DNA of 56,652 nt, filler included, from Sphacelaria rigidula (taxonomy: Eukaryota): NCBI GenBank assembly GCA_964200075.2. It is 6 parts of 6 records of this genome, joined end to end, with 100 filler letters (N's around TTAATTAATTAA, not from the genome) between each part and the next. Parts side by side here need not be neighbours in the genome. Positions count along the whole stretch, not along the records: positions 9,460 to 18,818 come from CAXNAA020008682.1; positions 18,919 to 28,277 come from CAXNAA020008683.1; 4 more parts are not named here. One strand, written 5' to 3'. How positions within the stretch are numbered: the first letter of the stretch is position 1; each line of letters begins with the position of its first letter. Below are positions 11,575 to 24,056 of this stretch, piece by piece. The position numbers were made by a program, and so were the translations under genes. The notes under the pieces are model-generated. The model saw nothing but the letters and a program-made list of their open reading frames with translations, searched no databases and was not told where the DNA came from.

Positions 11575-13878
11575 TTAAGCGGACAACATATCACCAAGGC
11601 TGCATTGTGCGCTTCTGTTGAGTGCAGCTGTTTGCTGTGCGGTTCCCAGAACCGTCGCTGTGTCAAGAGGTCTGAATCGGAGGTACTTTTGTGCGTGTCC
11701 TCATGCATCATGTATGATGTGTACCCAGTAACACAGAAGCAACACCATGGCGACTGGCAAAGGTAGAGGGTATGGCGTGTACTACAGAAGACATCACCAT
11801 GGTGACAGTAGTATGCCGTTCTTTTTGTTGCAAGTGTGTGCGTTTGGCCGGGCTAACAATTTGTGAAGGCATAACGTCGTTCATTCATCTCATTCTGTCA
11901 CGCCCGTAGACATATCCAGACCTGTCTCCGACTGCGGGACAATCACCCGTGTTCTCGGAAAGCGGTAACTGGTACACACAGACACTACAGAGCAGCTGGT
12001 TACGATGCAGACGTCACGGCTGGCTCGAACGGTGGTCAGCGCAAAAGTGCAGTACAGTATAGTACAGTATAGTACAGTACAGTATCGAGGTCGTGCATTT
12101 CGCGGCGGTGTCGTCGGCACTGTCTGTTTCACACCGTCGTGACTCAGGGGTTCAAGGGCACTTCGTAAATGGTAGAGGTAGGTGCAGATGCATAGGGCAT
12201 GACACACACACGGCGATCAAGCGTCACTTTTAGAGCGGGAGGCAAGAGTGACGATCTCCACATGAGTTATCTGATACTCGGCGATACCCGCAGAAGAAGG
12301 GAGGAATGCGGTGGGGGGCACAGAGAAGATAATATTGTACTGTACTGCGCTGCGCTATACGGATTGTACTGTGCTGTACGGTGCACTTCGGCTTTGTCTA
12401 TTCACAGGGAGAGCAGCCACCTCATGATGGGTCAGTTGTGTTTGTTATGGGAGAACTATTCACTTCACAAATGAATGCCCACCGCAGCCAAAGAACTGTT
12501 TTTGCAACTGGAGGCAGGAAGAGATGAAAGTGTCGGAGGGTTTCGTATAGTCTGAGCCTTGGTGATACTCATAGACGAACGGAACAAACGCAACGGGTGG
12601 GAGATAGAAGACAACACTGTACTGTGATGTGAAGCATTCCACTGCTGTACTTTACTCTGCGTTTTCGATCGGCTACGTTTCGACCCATACAGAGGGGCAT
12701 CTCCAGAGCGGCTCATCTGTGTTGTATTGTCACAGTTTTGACGTGAAAATGAATGATGTACAGACCGTACCGGCGGTGCAATGCAGCAGGGACGTGTGCG
12801 TGTCATGGTTGCAGATGACCTTCTGCGCTTTTTTTCTCAACCGACCGGAAGGCCCATTCGCTTCTTCGCCGATCGAATGGGCGTATCATTCCCATCTCAT
12901 TGGCTTGTGAGATTTTCCGCCAGGAAGATCTCGGACACAATTTGCAAAAAATTCCTTAATATTTTGGCCTCGATTAGCCTGTCTCACAGTAAAGTACAAA
13001 AGTACGACAGTGCAGTACCAAGGTGGTGAAATAGATTGGGTCCAGGCGAATTTTGAGGTTTTCGATCGACAGAAGCAAGTGAAATTCGTGAAGCGGTACT
13101 TGGTCGCTTGTAAACAGCACAGTCTGCGGTACTTCGTAGCTCGTGAACAGTACAGTCTGTACTGTCTGCACTGTTAGCATGCAGGATATCTGGATGTGTC
13201 CGTGCGTGTTTCGTACGGTAGGATGTGAACCAAAAGTAGGCAACATCCAGTACAGACAGCGCAAGACTATATGTTCTTCTTGAATTACAATGAGACGTGA
13301 AAAGGATTCAGACAATGAGCAGTCATTCACCTTTTCAAAACATCGCACAGTAGTACCACGTATATAGAAAATAAAGGGGTACGCTTGTCTGATGAGACCC
13401 GCAATACATGGGAACACGAAACACGATAACCGAAGTTTAAACCCTTGAGTCTGAAGCTTGTCGGCCTATCTGGTGACGGGTCACGCCGCATGGAGCACTT
13501 GCGGGCAGCTGCTAGAGTCACTGCAGGAGGCGCATAAAAAATAATCGCAATTTTATGCGCGTTTCATGCATGTCAAGCCTTTTACAACCTTGAAAAAAAA
13601 AGCTTACTTGACCCAGGGGGTAGCGCGGACTTTTTTTGGACATGTAGCCCCTCCCCCCCCCCCCCGGAGGGCATTTTTTCGAAAATTGTCATGTTCTTTT
13701 TTGTCAACTTCGTTGCAAGAAATTGATTAACAAAGATTGTTTTGATTTTTTTCTGTTGATATTGTTGCAAGAAATTGATACATATACACTGACAAAAACT
13801 GAAAAGTCTGGTGGGCTTTGCTTGGTTCGTATCTCTGCTTTCACTCATTTTGTCCGCTCTGTCACGATTGTAATGCGT

Positions 13879-14146
13879 GAGAGAAACGCGTGCTTAGGGG
13901 ACCGTGTAGTAGTTCGAAACACCTCAGGATCGACGCTTTTCAAAACCAATCGGGCCAGTCCCTACAAAAACCACGCCCCTGACCCTGACCACGTAACACT
14001 AACCCCAACCATAACCGTAGGGGTGTTTCAATTCCGATACCCCTACAAAAACCACGCCCCTGACCCTAACCACGTAACACTAACCCCAACCATAACCGTA
14101 GGGGTGTTTCAATTCCGATACGATCCTCTAATCACGCGGTCCTCTC
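13879..14146. mobile_element. Degenerate TIR element with an 81-bp tandem duplication (13960-14121) containing telomere-like hexamers
   Basis: Imperfect ~45-bp inverted ends; the two 81-bp units differ at 1 nt; lies between two diverged direct repeats (about 13670-13870 and 14180-14332). Confidence 0.65.
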
Positions 14147-15189
14147 ACGCTTTACACCGATGACCTCAGATGCCGGAAGCCATTTTTTCGAAAATTGTCC
14201 TGATATATTTTTTTCCCCATCAGTTTTGTTGCAAGCAATTGATCAATAAACACTGACAAAAATCGAGAAGTCTGGTGGACTTTGCGGGGCTCATGTAAAA
14301 TTTGCGTCTGCTCCTCGCCCGCTCTGTCCCGATGGCCTCAAGTCTCCATGCCAAGGATCTCTGTCCACGGCAGCTGACCGCATCCGCCAACGCTTCGGCA
14401 ATAAACCAGGGGACAGACGGCTGGGTGCCCCCCCCCCCCCCCCTCAAAAAATCGAAGTCTCGATATTGGGGCCTAGATGTCCAGTTTTGTTTTTTACGCT
14501 GCACCCTGCTCAAGCTAAAGAAACGAACCAAGATTACCTGTATGCGCGCATACAGAACTAGAGCCTGAATAAGCAACGCATCTTGACTCTCACGGCCCGG
14601 CTATATATAGCCCATGACATGGTGCATATTGTCCGAACGCAACTGTCACCGGTAACTTCCGATTCAATGAACCTGACGACCCGGCGGAAGCCAATGTCAA
14701 TCTTGGTGCCCTGTCTGTGCTTATTTCTCATTTGCTTTCGTTGAGGACGGCGGGTTGGTCGGGAGAATACTGTGAGGGGTCGAGTTCAACACCCCAGTCC
14801 TCTTTCGCAACGTGTGCGATCGGAGCGCTCTCTTTCGCAATGTCTGCTAAAATCTGAATGCATCGTGCCGTCACCTTTCCAGAGCACATCCCGCGCTTAG
14901 CAAAAAACTCTGAGAATCACTCATCTTTCTTTGCAGTTCCCGAGGGCGAGCTTGGAAAGCACTTGAAAAAAATTCCAACCCCGTCATGTGTCGGCGGCGT
15001 GGAGGTGTATGCAGCTTCTGAATGAGGAGAGCGTCGCTAGATGTCACGATTTCTCCATATTGTTGAGGACGTATATTCTATGGTCAAGTGTATCCAAGGA
15101 AACGAACAAAAGTGATCTATGACCGGTAAAATATCGTCGAACAGCTCGGACACTTTTCGGGGTCTAACACCTCCCCCCCTACCCCCCCA

Positions 15190-15755
15190 CCAGCCTGGTC
15201 CGGCGAGAACCCGGCGTGCTCCGTCCCGACTTTGTAGGGGCGGACCCCCGGTGGGGTTGGCATCGGTTGACGATGATGCTATAAAACACGCCACTCACTA
15301 CGGGAGCAGGCAACCACGTTACTGTTTTTTTTTTGCGCGTTTGCGTTTCATTTGCGGTTATCATAATGGTGGTCGAGCTAGGTCATGTGATGCGGAGTGG
15401 GAGAACCTCAACTCCGCACAACGGGAATGGTCGTACCGCGTAGTGTTTACATGGTGAGACACCCCATGAGGCAGTTAAAAAGCTGCGGCTGTCTCTGAAG
15501 TGGCGAGACCAGAAAATAAAGCAACTCATTGGAGGATGTCATCCAAGTGCAAGATAATCAGTAGGCTTTGGGGCGAACAATCGTAGCAGGGTGCAGCTCA
15601 CCCTACATGCGACTAGCCGAACACGTCACTGCACTTCGCGCTTGGTGATTGAGTGCGAGCCTGGTCCGGCGAGAACCCGGCGTGCTCCGTCCCGACTTTG
15701 TAGGGATGCGAGGTCAATGGTCTTATGGCTATGACATGCATGATCATGACTACAC
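15190..15755 (-). repeat. Family A modular repeat (M2-core-M3)
   Basis: Reverse complement of 25390-25955; internal direct repeat gcctggtccggcgagaacccggcgtgctccgtcccgactttgtaggg present twice. Confidence 0.85.
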
Positions 15756-15829
15756 CCCCCCCCCCATTATTGGCGTCCCCAACGGCGAGGCTTTCTTTCC
15801 TCTTTATAGTGCTTATTACGGTTAGCGGT

Positions 15830-16226
15830 GCGGTTGGAAGTCCTTATCTGCTCATCGTCATCAATTACGGTTAATATCGGACTCCTTTTTGTTTTCGTCA
15901 TTACGTTCAAACCTCCACCCGTGCAAGACCCGTGGCGCTGATAAGTTCGGCACTGCTGTCACGCGCGTCAGCCGTGGCTTTCCACTAGTTATTATCATTA
16001 TCATTATTATAATGATGATTATCATTATGATTATTATCATTATGATTGTGATTGTGATTGTGATTGTGATTATGATAATTATTATTGTCATCATTATTAT
16101 TATCATCCTATACATTATTAGGGAAAATGATCCTCCTCTCCATACTGGGATCAAGTAAGCAAAATGATCCGCTGCTCCATAGTGGAATCGAGTAAACGTG
16201 AGATCCTTCTCGGAACACTAATTTAC
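15830..16226 (+). mobile_element. Second Helitron-like tail / microsatellite / head junction
   Basis: Hairpin + CTAG at 15985-15988, (ATT/ATC/GTGATT)n tract, A|TCCTATACATTATT at 16106; homologous to 10280-10610. Confidence 0.55.
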
Positions 16227-17091
16227 TTCGAAAATCACGAGGTCAGGAGCAGCAAAAGAGGTCAGGAGCAGCAAAAAAAGAGACCACAAACAGCAGCGAG
16301 AGCCGAAAAAAATAGAACAGAAGAGACGCTTCAACAGCGAACCACAAACAGAGAGAGCCGAAATAAATGGAACAGAATGGGCGTTTCAACAGCGAGAGCC
16401 CCCAAAAAATAGAAGAGAATAGTTTACTTTCAAGAGACCAAGAGAACAGACAACAAACAGCGAGAGCCGTAAAAAAATAGAACATAATAGATGCCAATCG
16501 CGTTCGATAAGTTATAGCCTGCTGGTGGACATTCGTCCGTCTGTGTGGGGGGGTTCGTTCAGCTGGTCCGCTGCCGTGTCGTGTGCTCCGCGCGCGATAT
16601 GATGCGATATGATGCGCGCGATATGATGCACCGTCCCTCTTGTGCATGATGGATTCAAAACTGCATCATTGGTTGCGGGCGACAGTACCCCAGTGGACAA
16701 CAACTCTGTTTGCAAGCAGAGAAAGCCCGACCAAGTCATGACATCCGCCGTCAATCAATCCAGTAATTCCTCACCATTTTATCGTACCGCTCATGGTTAG
16801 GCCCACCGATTCCTTTCAACTAGCACCACCGTCCCAACATGAGCGGGTTTCTCCGGCAAGTATGGCATTGAGTAAACACCGGTTGTTCGTTCGCGTAAAA
16901 CCAGGCGTGCTACGCTTGTGGCGTGTTCTGTCCACAAAAATGCCCCCACGTAAAACCAGGCGTGCTGCACGTGTGGCGTGTTTCGTCGCGTTGGGTTGGA
17001 GCTGTTGCGTTGTAGACGTGTAACGTCCGTCAGTCCGAGGTCCGTCATGTGTTTCAGTCGTTGAAATTTCCAGACCTCTCTCCTACTACTA

Positions 17092-17299
17092 GAGGTATCA
17101 AAACTCGGCTCCCGGTATAATGTTGTATTCGCTGGGTCTGAGTTGTGCAATGTTTTTTCAAGTGAAAGTGGTCGCGATTCATGAGAGGACCTGGCCTAGC
17201 AGTCAAATGGTCTCATCATCTGATGAATCGGCATCAATTTCACTTGAAAAAATAGAACAAAACACACCAGGATACCGGGAGCCGAGTTTGAGATACCTC
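17092..17299. mobile_element. MITE, ~208 bp, TIR GAGGTATC..AAACTCGGCTCCCGGTAT, apparent TACTA target duplication
   Basis: Reverse-complementary ends; TACTA at 17087-17091 and 17300-17304. Confidence 0.8.
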
Positions 17300-18818
17300 T
17301 ACTAAGACTAGCTATTCCTTTATGGCTGGCACCTGTGTACTGCATGTACCATCCATATGTATGTTTCATCATGCTTTATCATCGCTTCCTATTTTGAGAC
17401 CCGTGGTCATGATTTCATCATCGCTTCCGACGGAAAGCGATCTTCAATACAAAAAAATGTGGTGATTGCCGCGTTGTGGTTTTCGAAGCCTTGAACGGAC
17501 AAACTTTACCGTCTGCATATACGTTGTGTGTTTGTGTGTTGTTGTCCCATCTATTCTGGACGCCGGTCTACATCTTTCGGTATAAGTAAGTGGGCGCATC
17601 AGCCGAGGTCACACAGGAGGAAGGTCAACACAAGAGTATCTTTGTATGTAGAACAAACTAAATCGTGTTGTTATTCCTCGGAATAGCTCTGATTGTGTTG
17701 GGTTGTGTGGTGAGACTTTGCACTTGCCAACCAGACATGTATGTTTCCCGTCAAGGTGTCTGCAAGTCCCTCTTCAAAACAGGATTTCAGGAAGCGCTTT
17801 TTCGCTTCCTGAAGTCTTTTCTAAAGGAGGGATTTCTGGGCACGTTTCGGGGATTTTTCTAGAGGAAAGGGTGGTATCGCAGCGACCACTCAGCGATCGT
17901 TTTTCAAAAGAACAATCTCGAAAAGGGGTTAGGTCATCTGCTGAATCGGCATCAATATTCAATTGAAAAAAGTATGCATGATCCAGATAGACGACCCTCG
18001 CGGTCTAAGGGTTAACTTGATTGAACCAACAAATAATGATCATGATCGATGCAGGGGTACACGAGGAAACAAAATGCGGCACCCCTATGTACTGTGCCCT
18101 TCTATTTTTTGGACCCCCTCAGGGCATACGCGGCCATTTGGCTACCCCCCAAAATGCCTCCGACCAATCAGCGATCGTTTTTAAAGAAAGAGGATTTGAA
18201 AAAAAAGGGGGGAAATCCCGTTCGATGAAAAGGACCCTGGGAGAGTACAGCAGCATGCTACTGAACTCCTCTACTCTGCGGTGGTTGTTCTGGCTCTGCA
18301 TGGAAAGTTTGATCCATGTGATCACGGTTGGGGTGGTCATGCGGCACTGACCAGCCACAAGTTTTTTTTTGCCATAATAATAGGTTGCGCAGGTGTCGAT
18401 GATGCACCCGGGTGCTCATATAATGTTTCTGCTCTGCGGACGTTGAGGTAGAGTTCAAGGGCAGGTCGAGTAGAGTATGTACTTTTGAGTATGCTCCTGC
18501 TCGACAAACGCATACAAGAGAAGTATTGACCCTAACATCCTCCTTGGGAGGCAAAAAACAAACGAACGACTCTTGCAGGGATCGGAGAAATGATGATTCG
18601 TCTGGAAATTACTTGGTTTTAGTGTAATAGATTCGAATCGTACGAATCAATCCCTCGGCTTTGTTTTCAGCGTTGCAAGCCAGGTACACGCAGCCCAGAC
18701 ACGTAAAATAGCGCAAAAGTTGCGTGGATACCCCTTGGACCAGTGGTCAACTTTTTCACGGGTAGGACAAATCATCACGACTCAAAATCACCAAATTCAC
18801 GATTTCTCCGGCCTGATT

Positions 18819-18918
18819 NNNNNNNNNNNNNNNNNNNNNNNNNNNNNNNNNNNNNNNNNNNNTTAATTAATTAANNNNNNNNNNNNNNNNNNNNNNNNNN
18901 NNNNNNNNNNNNNNNNNN
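18819..18918. other. Artificial contig spacer
   Basis: N44-TTAATTAATTAA-N44. Confidence 0.98.
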
Positions 18919-19957
18919 CCGATTGGTGGCCCAGATAAGGTACGATTAGAAAAGAATTCCTAGACCAGGTATACCTTGGCGGAATGTGGCCTACAAAAGG
19001 TAAGCGGTTCCTGGAGGCGAATTGTCCGTTTTCGCGTGTCCATATCTCTCGAGCGAAATGTTTTTTATCCGTTATTTTTCGAGTCCCGGGTGCCAATGGC
19101 CCCCACGAACGATGTGATTGAAAAATTCGGAGCGAAAACTGTCAAAATGGCATGTTTGACTGTTTTTGCGTTTTTGGCCATTTTTCGTACCTTTCCTAGA
19201 CAAGAAACGAGAAGGTGTACCTTTTCTAGGCAATTGTCCCTTTTTTTCGGCAACATCATTGTATTTGTGTCTTGTGTTCATTTCCCGTCCCGTCCCACCC
19301 CACCCCTTTTCATTTTTTGCGGTGTCCTTTCTTTTCTGTTCCCTAAACTCATCCCGTCTTTCCGCATGTAGTGTACAGATATATGAAGAAAGGATGGAGC
19401 GATGTGGGCGCGCGTTAGGTATCAACATGCCGCCCTTTTTTACATCGATTTTGCCACTGGCAAGTCACGTTGAAGTCCAATTTTGGTTGTATCTCGACAT
19501 GACCTCCTCCCCCCCTCAGCCCCACCTTTTCTCCAAACGCTAGGCTTTCTGGCCCCAGACATTTCTGGCCCCAGACAACGACAAGCAACACGTGGTTCAT
19601 TTTATGTTTCTCGTTCGCGGGCTTGTACCCATCTAACCCTGGATCATTTAATTCCCTCCGCATTTCCCTATCCCATTCCGCACAAACTTGCTTGGCGTAA
19701 ACTTTCGTGTTTCCAGTGGCGCACGTGGTTGCTTAACCGTGATCGTCCCTACTCGTGAACGCCGAGTACTTGACCCCCCGCCTACGGGAGGCGCGGGCAC
19801 ACGGAGATGTCACGCGGCTGGACGTTGGCATCAAGACGGCGTGAACGCGAAACAGTACTACAGGCCGTGTCAGCAAACGCTGAAGCGCGTGTCTTAAGTA
19901 GTACTTCGAAGTAAACAGATGGACTGCACAACGAGCGAGAGTTACGCCATTCGATTA

Positions 19958-19997
<40 letters not shown>

Positions 19998-22479
19998 CGC
20001 GCGCGTGTGTGTTTGTGTATGTCTTCATCGTGTTTGTGTTTTTTTAAGGTGGTGACACAATGCTGAGCTTGTCAGTCCTCGCGTTCCAAATTAACGGTCT
20101 GTATTATCGCCAGGGTTGGTTGCGCGACGGTCTTGAAATTGCTGTAAAGGATGACGACGGGAGAAACAAAACATTTTGCAGGGAAAAGTTATGCTTGTCC
20201 GTTTTTTTTTTTTTTTCGTTTCTTTCGGTCTCGACAAGCGGTGGGTTCAAGAATCCTCACCAGCCGCTATGCCACATCCAAAATGATACACAGCCTCTCA
20301 GAGGCGAAACGTTGTTCGTTTCTCTCGGTCGGAGGCGGTCGGACGCAGTAGCGCCCTCCTTCTTTCCTCACAGAAACGCTAGGGATTTTGATTGTATGAA
20401 TGGTCATGCATCGGACTGACTGCTTCGTAGTCATAGTCTAGGGTGGTGAGTAAAGTTTCACTGCACATCCGGATGGACACGGGAGTGTTTGTTGTCGAAG
20501 TTTCCGTGAACCCCTGTGCAGTACCGAGGTAGAATGAGATTTGGTGCTCGGGTAGAGTAGGTTAGGTTCCTGTCGTGGGTTTGTTTATGTCGCAGTAATG
20601 ACACGGTCGTATAAGAACACTAGTTTTTGAGTAGAGAACGCTAAAAAATCTGCATGTGTCGACAGGGTAACGTTTGGGATGGGGCATGATTTACTGTCAT
20701 TCCGTTGTGTTTTATCATGGCTTGATATGCTGGGGCGGGGGCGGGGGCGGGGGTGGCATTGCTGTGTCATCATGGCTGTATGGGGCAAACCGGAACCGGA
20801 GTGTCGCAGCGGTGAAAAATCTCAGTGTGCTGTTGACACCCCTCGGTCTAGAAACATCACAACAATCTTTGAGAGTTGCCACAACCAGGGGCAGAATACC
20901 TTCTATTCTCCCACTTGCTGCAATCGCACCCGGCACACCTCGGAGCTAGTGGTCGAGTCCTGTCGCGCAGTCCGCCACGGGCGCAAATCTCTGCTCCGAT
21001 ATGTTATCCACTGACAGCCCCGCGACTTTTCGGAGGATATTCTTAGTAGACGTAAATGGGCGCCAGAAGGATATGGGCGGGATGACAGAATCGACGCACA
21101 AGAAGAGGTGCGGCCAATAGGCAGGCATGCAGTAAGTAGCGTTTCTACTGTTGAAGAACAAACGTCCAAAAACAGCATGTTCATTGATCAAAGGGCGTCA
21201 GCCAGGCGGGTGCACTGTTTTCGCACTCCGTGCATCGTGCAAATGTGAAGGCTGTCGTGCTCGATGAGGTTGGGGCGATGGATACTACTGCCCTGCCCCA
21301 CGTGTGCTATGCTATCGACCACAGAGTTGGTGACGCGACAAGATTTTACCACAGGGGTTCCACGCGCGTCGCTAGCGTGTGTCAACTGGTGCTCGTCCTG
21401 CTCAGTTGGCTGTCGGAGATGGGGGGTGAATTTCCGCAAACCTCGAGCACGAGGTCAAAATACCTCCCGACCACACCCGCACGAGTCATGCCCGCAGCAC
21501 GTATACCCCTCCGCAAAAAAACACACCATCTAAGTGTTGGGATGTTCAGGTGTTCCAGCTGTTGAGGAATGGCATCAGCTCTTTGTGTTGACCATATACA
21601 TACTGAAAATACTCTCTGTACATGAAGTGGTTTGCAACACGGATGTCCCACGAACTCGGCGGGTTTACTACGGTTACGTGAGGCGACAAACCGCGCGATT
21701 ACAATTCGATTCACACAGCACATACGTCATTCAACTCATTGATAACGTGTCATAACATGGGGACGCTTCAAGATGCGGATGCCGTGCACCAGCCGCCACC
21801 TGTGTGTCCGGGTAACGTCCCACCAGAGGCCCAAGCGTTCAAGGAGTTCATCCGGTGGTTTCCTGTGTGGGGTACACAGCGTTGCCCCCCTGCTGACCCA
21901 ACCGCTGCGACACCTGGATGGCACGAAGTATGACGACGTCGAATTCCCACCTCTCGGCGTAAAAGGGTACCGATACCAACAACACTACTTTTACATCGCA
22001 CGGGCCAAGCCCGATGTCAGATAATAGCCAAAAGCGAATCTATCTCTCACCACGATGTACGCTCAACAGATGACTACCCACGGCCCCTCGACCCAGGACA
22101 TGCATCAGGTTTGCGCGCGTCTTCCCCAGGACATGCAACGGCAGTACAGGCCTCATGGTCGATGGTCCGTCCCTGCTCTATGGAAGTCTGACTCAACTTT
22201 GGCGTGAAATAAGATGGATCCCCCATACTGTCACCACCCCTCTTTCTGACGTTGACTCGATGCAAAGTAATTCAATGATCCCCGACACATTTCAAAAACA
22301 AGCATGCGTACGAAAAAAGTTGGACCTCGTGTAAATGGGGATTGTACGGTGTACCCTTCTTCCAAGACTCAGATTGTTCTCACGAAATTCTGCGCTACGA
22401 CGGCATGCTCATGTCATGCCCATGCCATATTGATAAAATATTCGTCCGAAATCCGGAGGGGAGGGGGGGTTGCCATAGT

Positions 22480-23115
22480 CATACTCATGATCATGCATGC
22501 CACAGTCACATGACCATTGACCTCGCATCCCTACGAAGCCGGGGCGGAGCACACCGGGTTTTCGCCGGACCAGGCTCGCACTCAATCACCAAGTGCGAAG
22601 CGCCGTAGTGTGTGTTCGGCGAGTCGCATGGAGACTGACCTGCATCCTGCAGATTGTTCGGCCCGAGGCCTACTGACTATCTTGCATTTGAATGACAGCC
22701 TACAATGAGTTGCTTTATTTTGTGGTATCGCCACTTCCAGAGACAGCCACGGCTTACACACTGCCTCCTGGGTGTCTCACCATTTGAACCCTACGTGGTA
22801 TGATCCTCCATTTTGCGCGGAGTCGAGGTTCTCCCACCCTGCACAACATGATCTAGCTCGACCACCATCATGGTGACCGCAAGAAAAAACGCGAGCGCGC
22901 AAAAACAAAATCGGTAACCTGGTTGTCTAGCGTACGCAGTGAGCGGCGTGTTTTACAGCGTCATTTCCAACCGACGCCAACCCCATCGGGGGTCCGCCGC
23001 TACAAAGCCGGGACGGATCACGCCGAGTTCTCGCCGGACCAGGCTGAACGATACGATGAGGGGGAGGGGTGGCGTACTCATTTGTTGCTCGCCTTAGTCG
23101 TTTGACCATTGACCA
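22480..23115 (+). repeat. Family A modular repeat (M2-core-M3-G-run-M1)
   Basis: Colinear with 25390-26060. Confidence 0.85.
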
Positions 23116-23221
23116 TGGGGGTGAGGGGGGGGAGGGGGGGGATCCGTGAAAAACAGGGGCTCANNNNNNNNNNGGGTGGGGGGGGGTGTGTGGATGTTTT
23201 TGTGTTTGTGGGTTGTTGGGT

Positions 23222-23262
<41 letters not shown>

Positions 23263-23505
23263 TCCGTGAAAAACAGGGGCTCACAGGTGTGTTAGACGAC
23301 CTAACTACTCGCGATGCGTTTGTGTTTTGGTGAAAATGGTATCAGGTGTGGTGTGAATGAGTGTGTCTGCGTTTTATTGGAAACAACCACGTTCCAACAA
23401 GCGTAACTGCTTTCAACGACGATTTGAAGTGAGATTTCGTGGAAGAAATGACCCAAAATATCCGCCTCCCCCGTCATGTGATGACTCGGTAATGGGCCAA
23501 ATTTT

Positions 23506-23819
23506 TCATTTATTCATTCATTCATTTGTCGCACTTTGAACCCCTTCTCCTTCCTCGGGATGAGTCCGTGGTCTTGAGGGATCAACCCATCTCTCCCCGG
23601 TGCACGCCTTACATTTTGGTCTCGCAGATTGGGTCAGCACTCCCGCACCGCGTCAACTCACGTCAAATAGACTCAGTCGACTACTTTGTTTACTCGCGTT
23701 CTCACGCTTTCCACGGTGGAAATCAAACGTTACGAAGTAAAAACCCAACGAATCGGGAATCGAACCCTCGTTCTCTCCACCCTTATGGCGACAGTCGGAC
23801 CATTACACCACCGCGGCGC
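23506..23819 (-). mobile_element. tRNA-derived SINE, apparently full length, with (TGAA)n tail
   Basis: A-box TGGTGTAATGG and B-box GGTTCGATTCC at the 5' end; homologous copies at 46619-46752 and 47009-47194; tail aaatgaatgaatgaataaatg. Confidence 0.8.
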
Positions 23820-23926
23820 GGCGGTTGCGTTTGGGTATACCCGCTCTCGGATCATCAATCACCCTCACCGCCCGTCCGCTATACACCCAGCCCCAACCCC
23901 CCCTAAAGTACGGCAGGCAGACGTAC

Positions 23927-24056
23927 ATTCATCTCCTCCAACATCGAAGATACGGTCCTGCGAAGCTCTGCTGTCTCTGTCTCAGCCTTTGATCTCTTTG
24001 CAGATTCTGCCACTATCGTCGCCTCCGACTCTCGCAGACTAGTCTCCGACAGCTCC
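23927..24056 (-). CDS. Exon of an unknown coiled-coil protein (ELSETSLRESEATIVAESAKRSKAETETAELRRTVSSMLEEMN)
   Basis: aacgaaag| acceptor, |gtacgt donor; phase matches exon 25070-25182. Confidence 0.65.

Noticed and set aside
13389..13430. Possible hammerhead ribozyme (CTGATGA-GACCC...GGG...GAAAC)
   Set aside because: Stem II does not close against GAAA, and stems I/III and a cleavage triplet cannot be built; at best a decayed relic
16240..16480. Repeated aacagcgagagccgaaaaaaatagaa units with variable spacers, superficially CRISPR-like
   Set aside because: Degenerate low-complexity repeats with irregular spacing, eukaryotic context and no cas genes
9460..18818. Contig 2 begins and ends with inverted copies of the same ~65-bp repeat, suggesting one 9.4-kb transposon
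   Set aside because: The copies are diverged, no transposase is seen inside, and assemblies commonly break at such repeats; probably two independent insertions
21190..22260. Coding-like relic (VVLDEV resembling a Walker B motif; possible decayed transposase or helicase)
   Set aside because: Fragmented over several frames, with no second diagnostic motif
23109..23290. Direct repeat and poly-G/poly-Pro ORFs around 10-N gaps (also 24870-25050)
   Set aside because: Low-quality G-homopolymer sequence and duplicated gap flanks; assembly artefact
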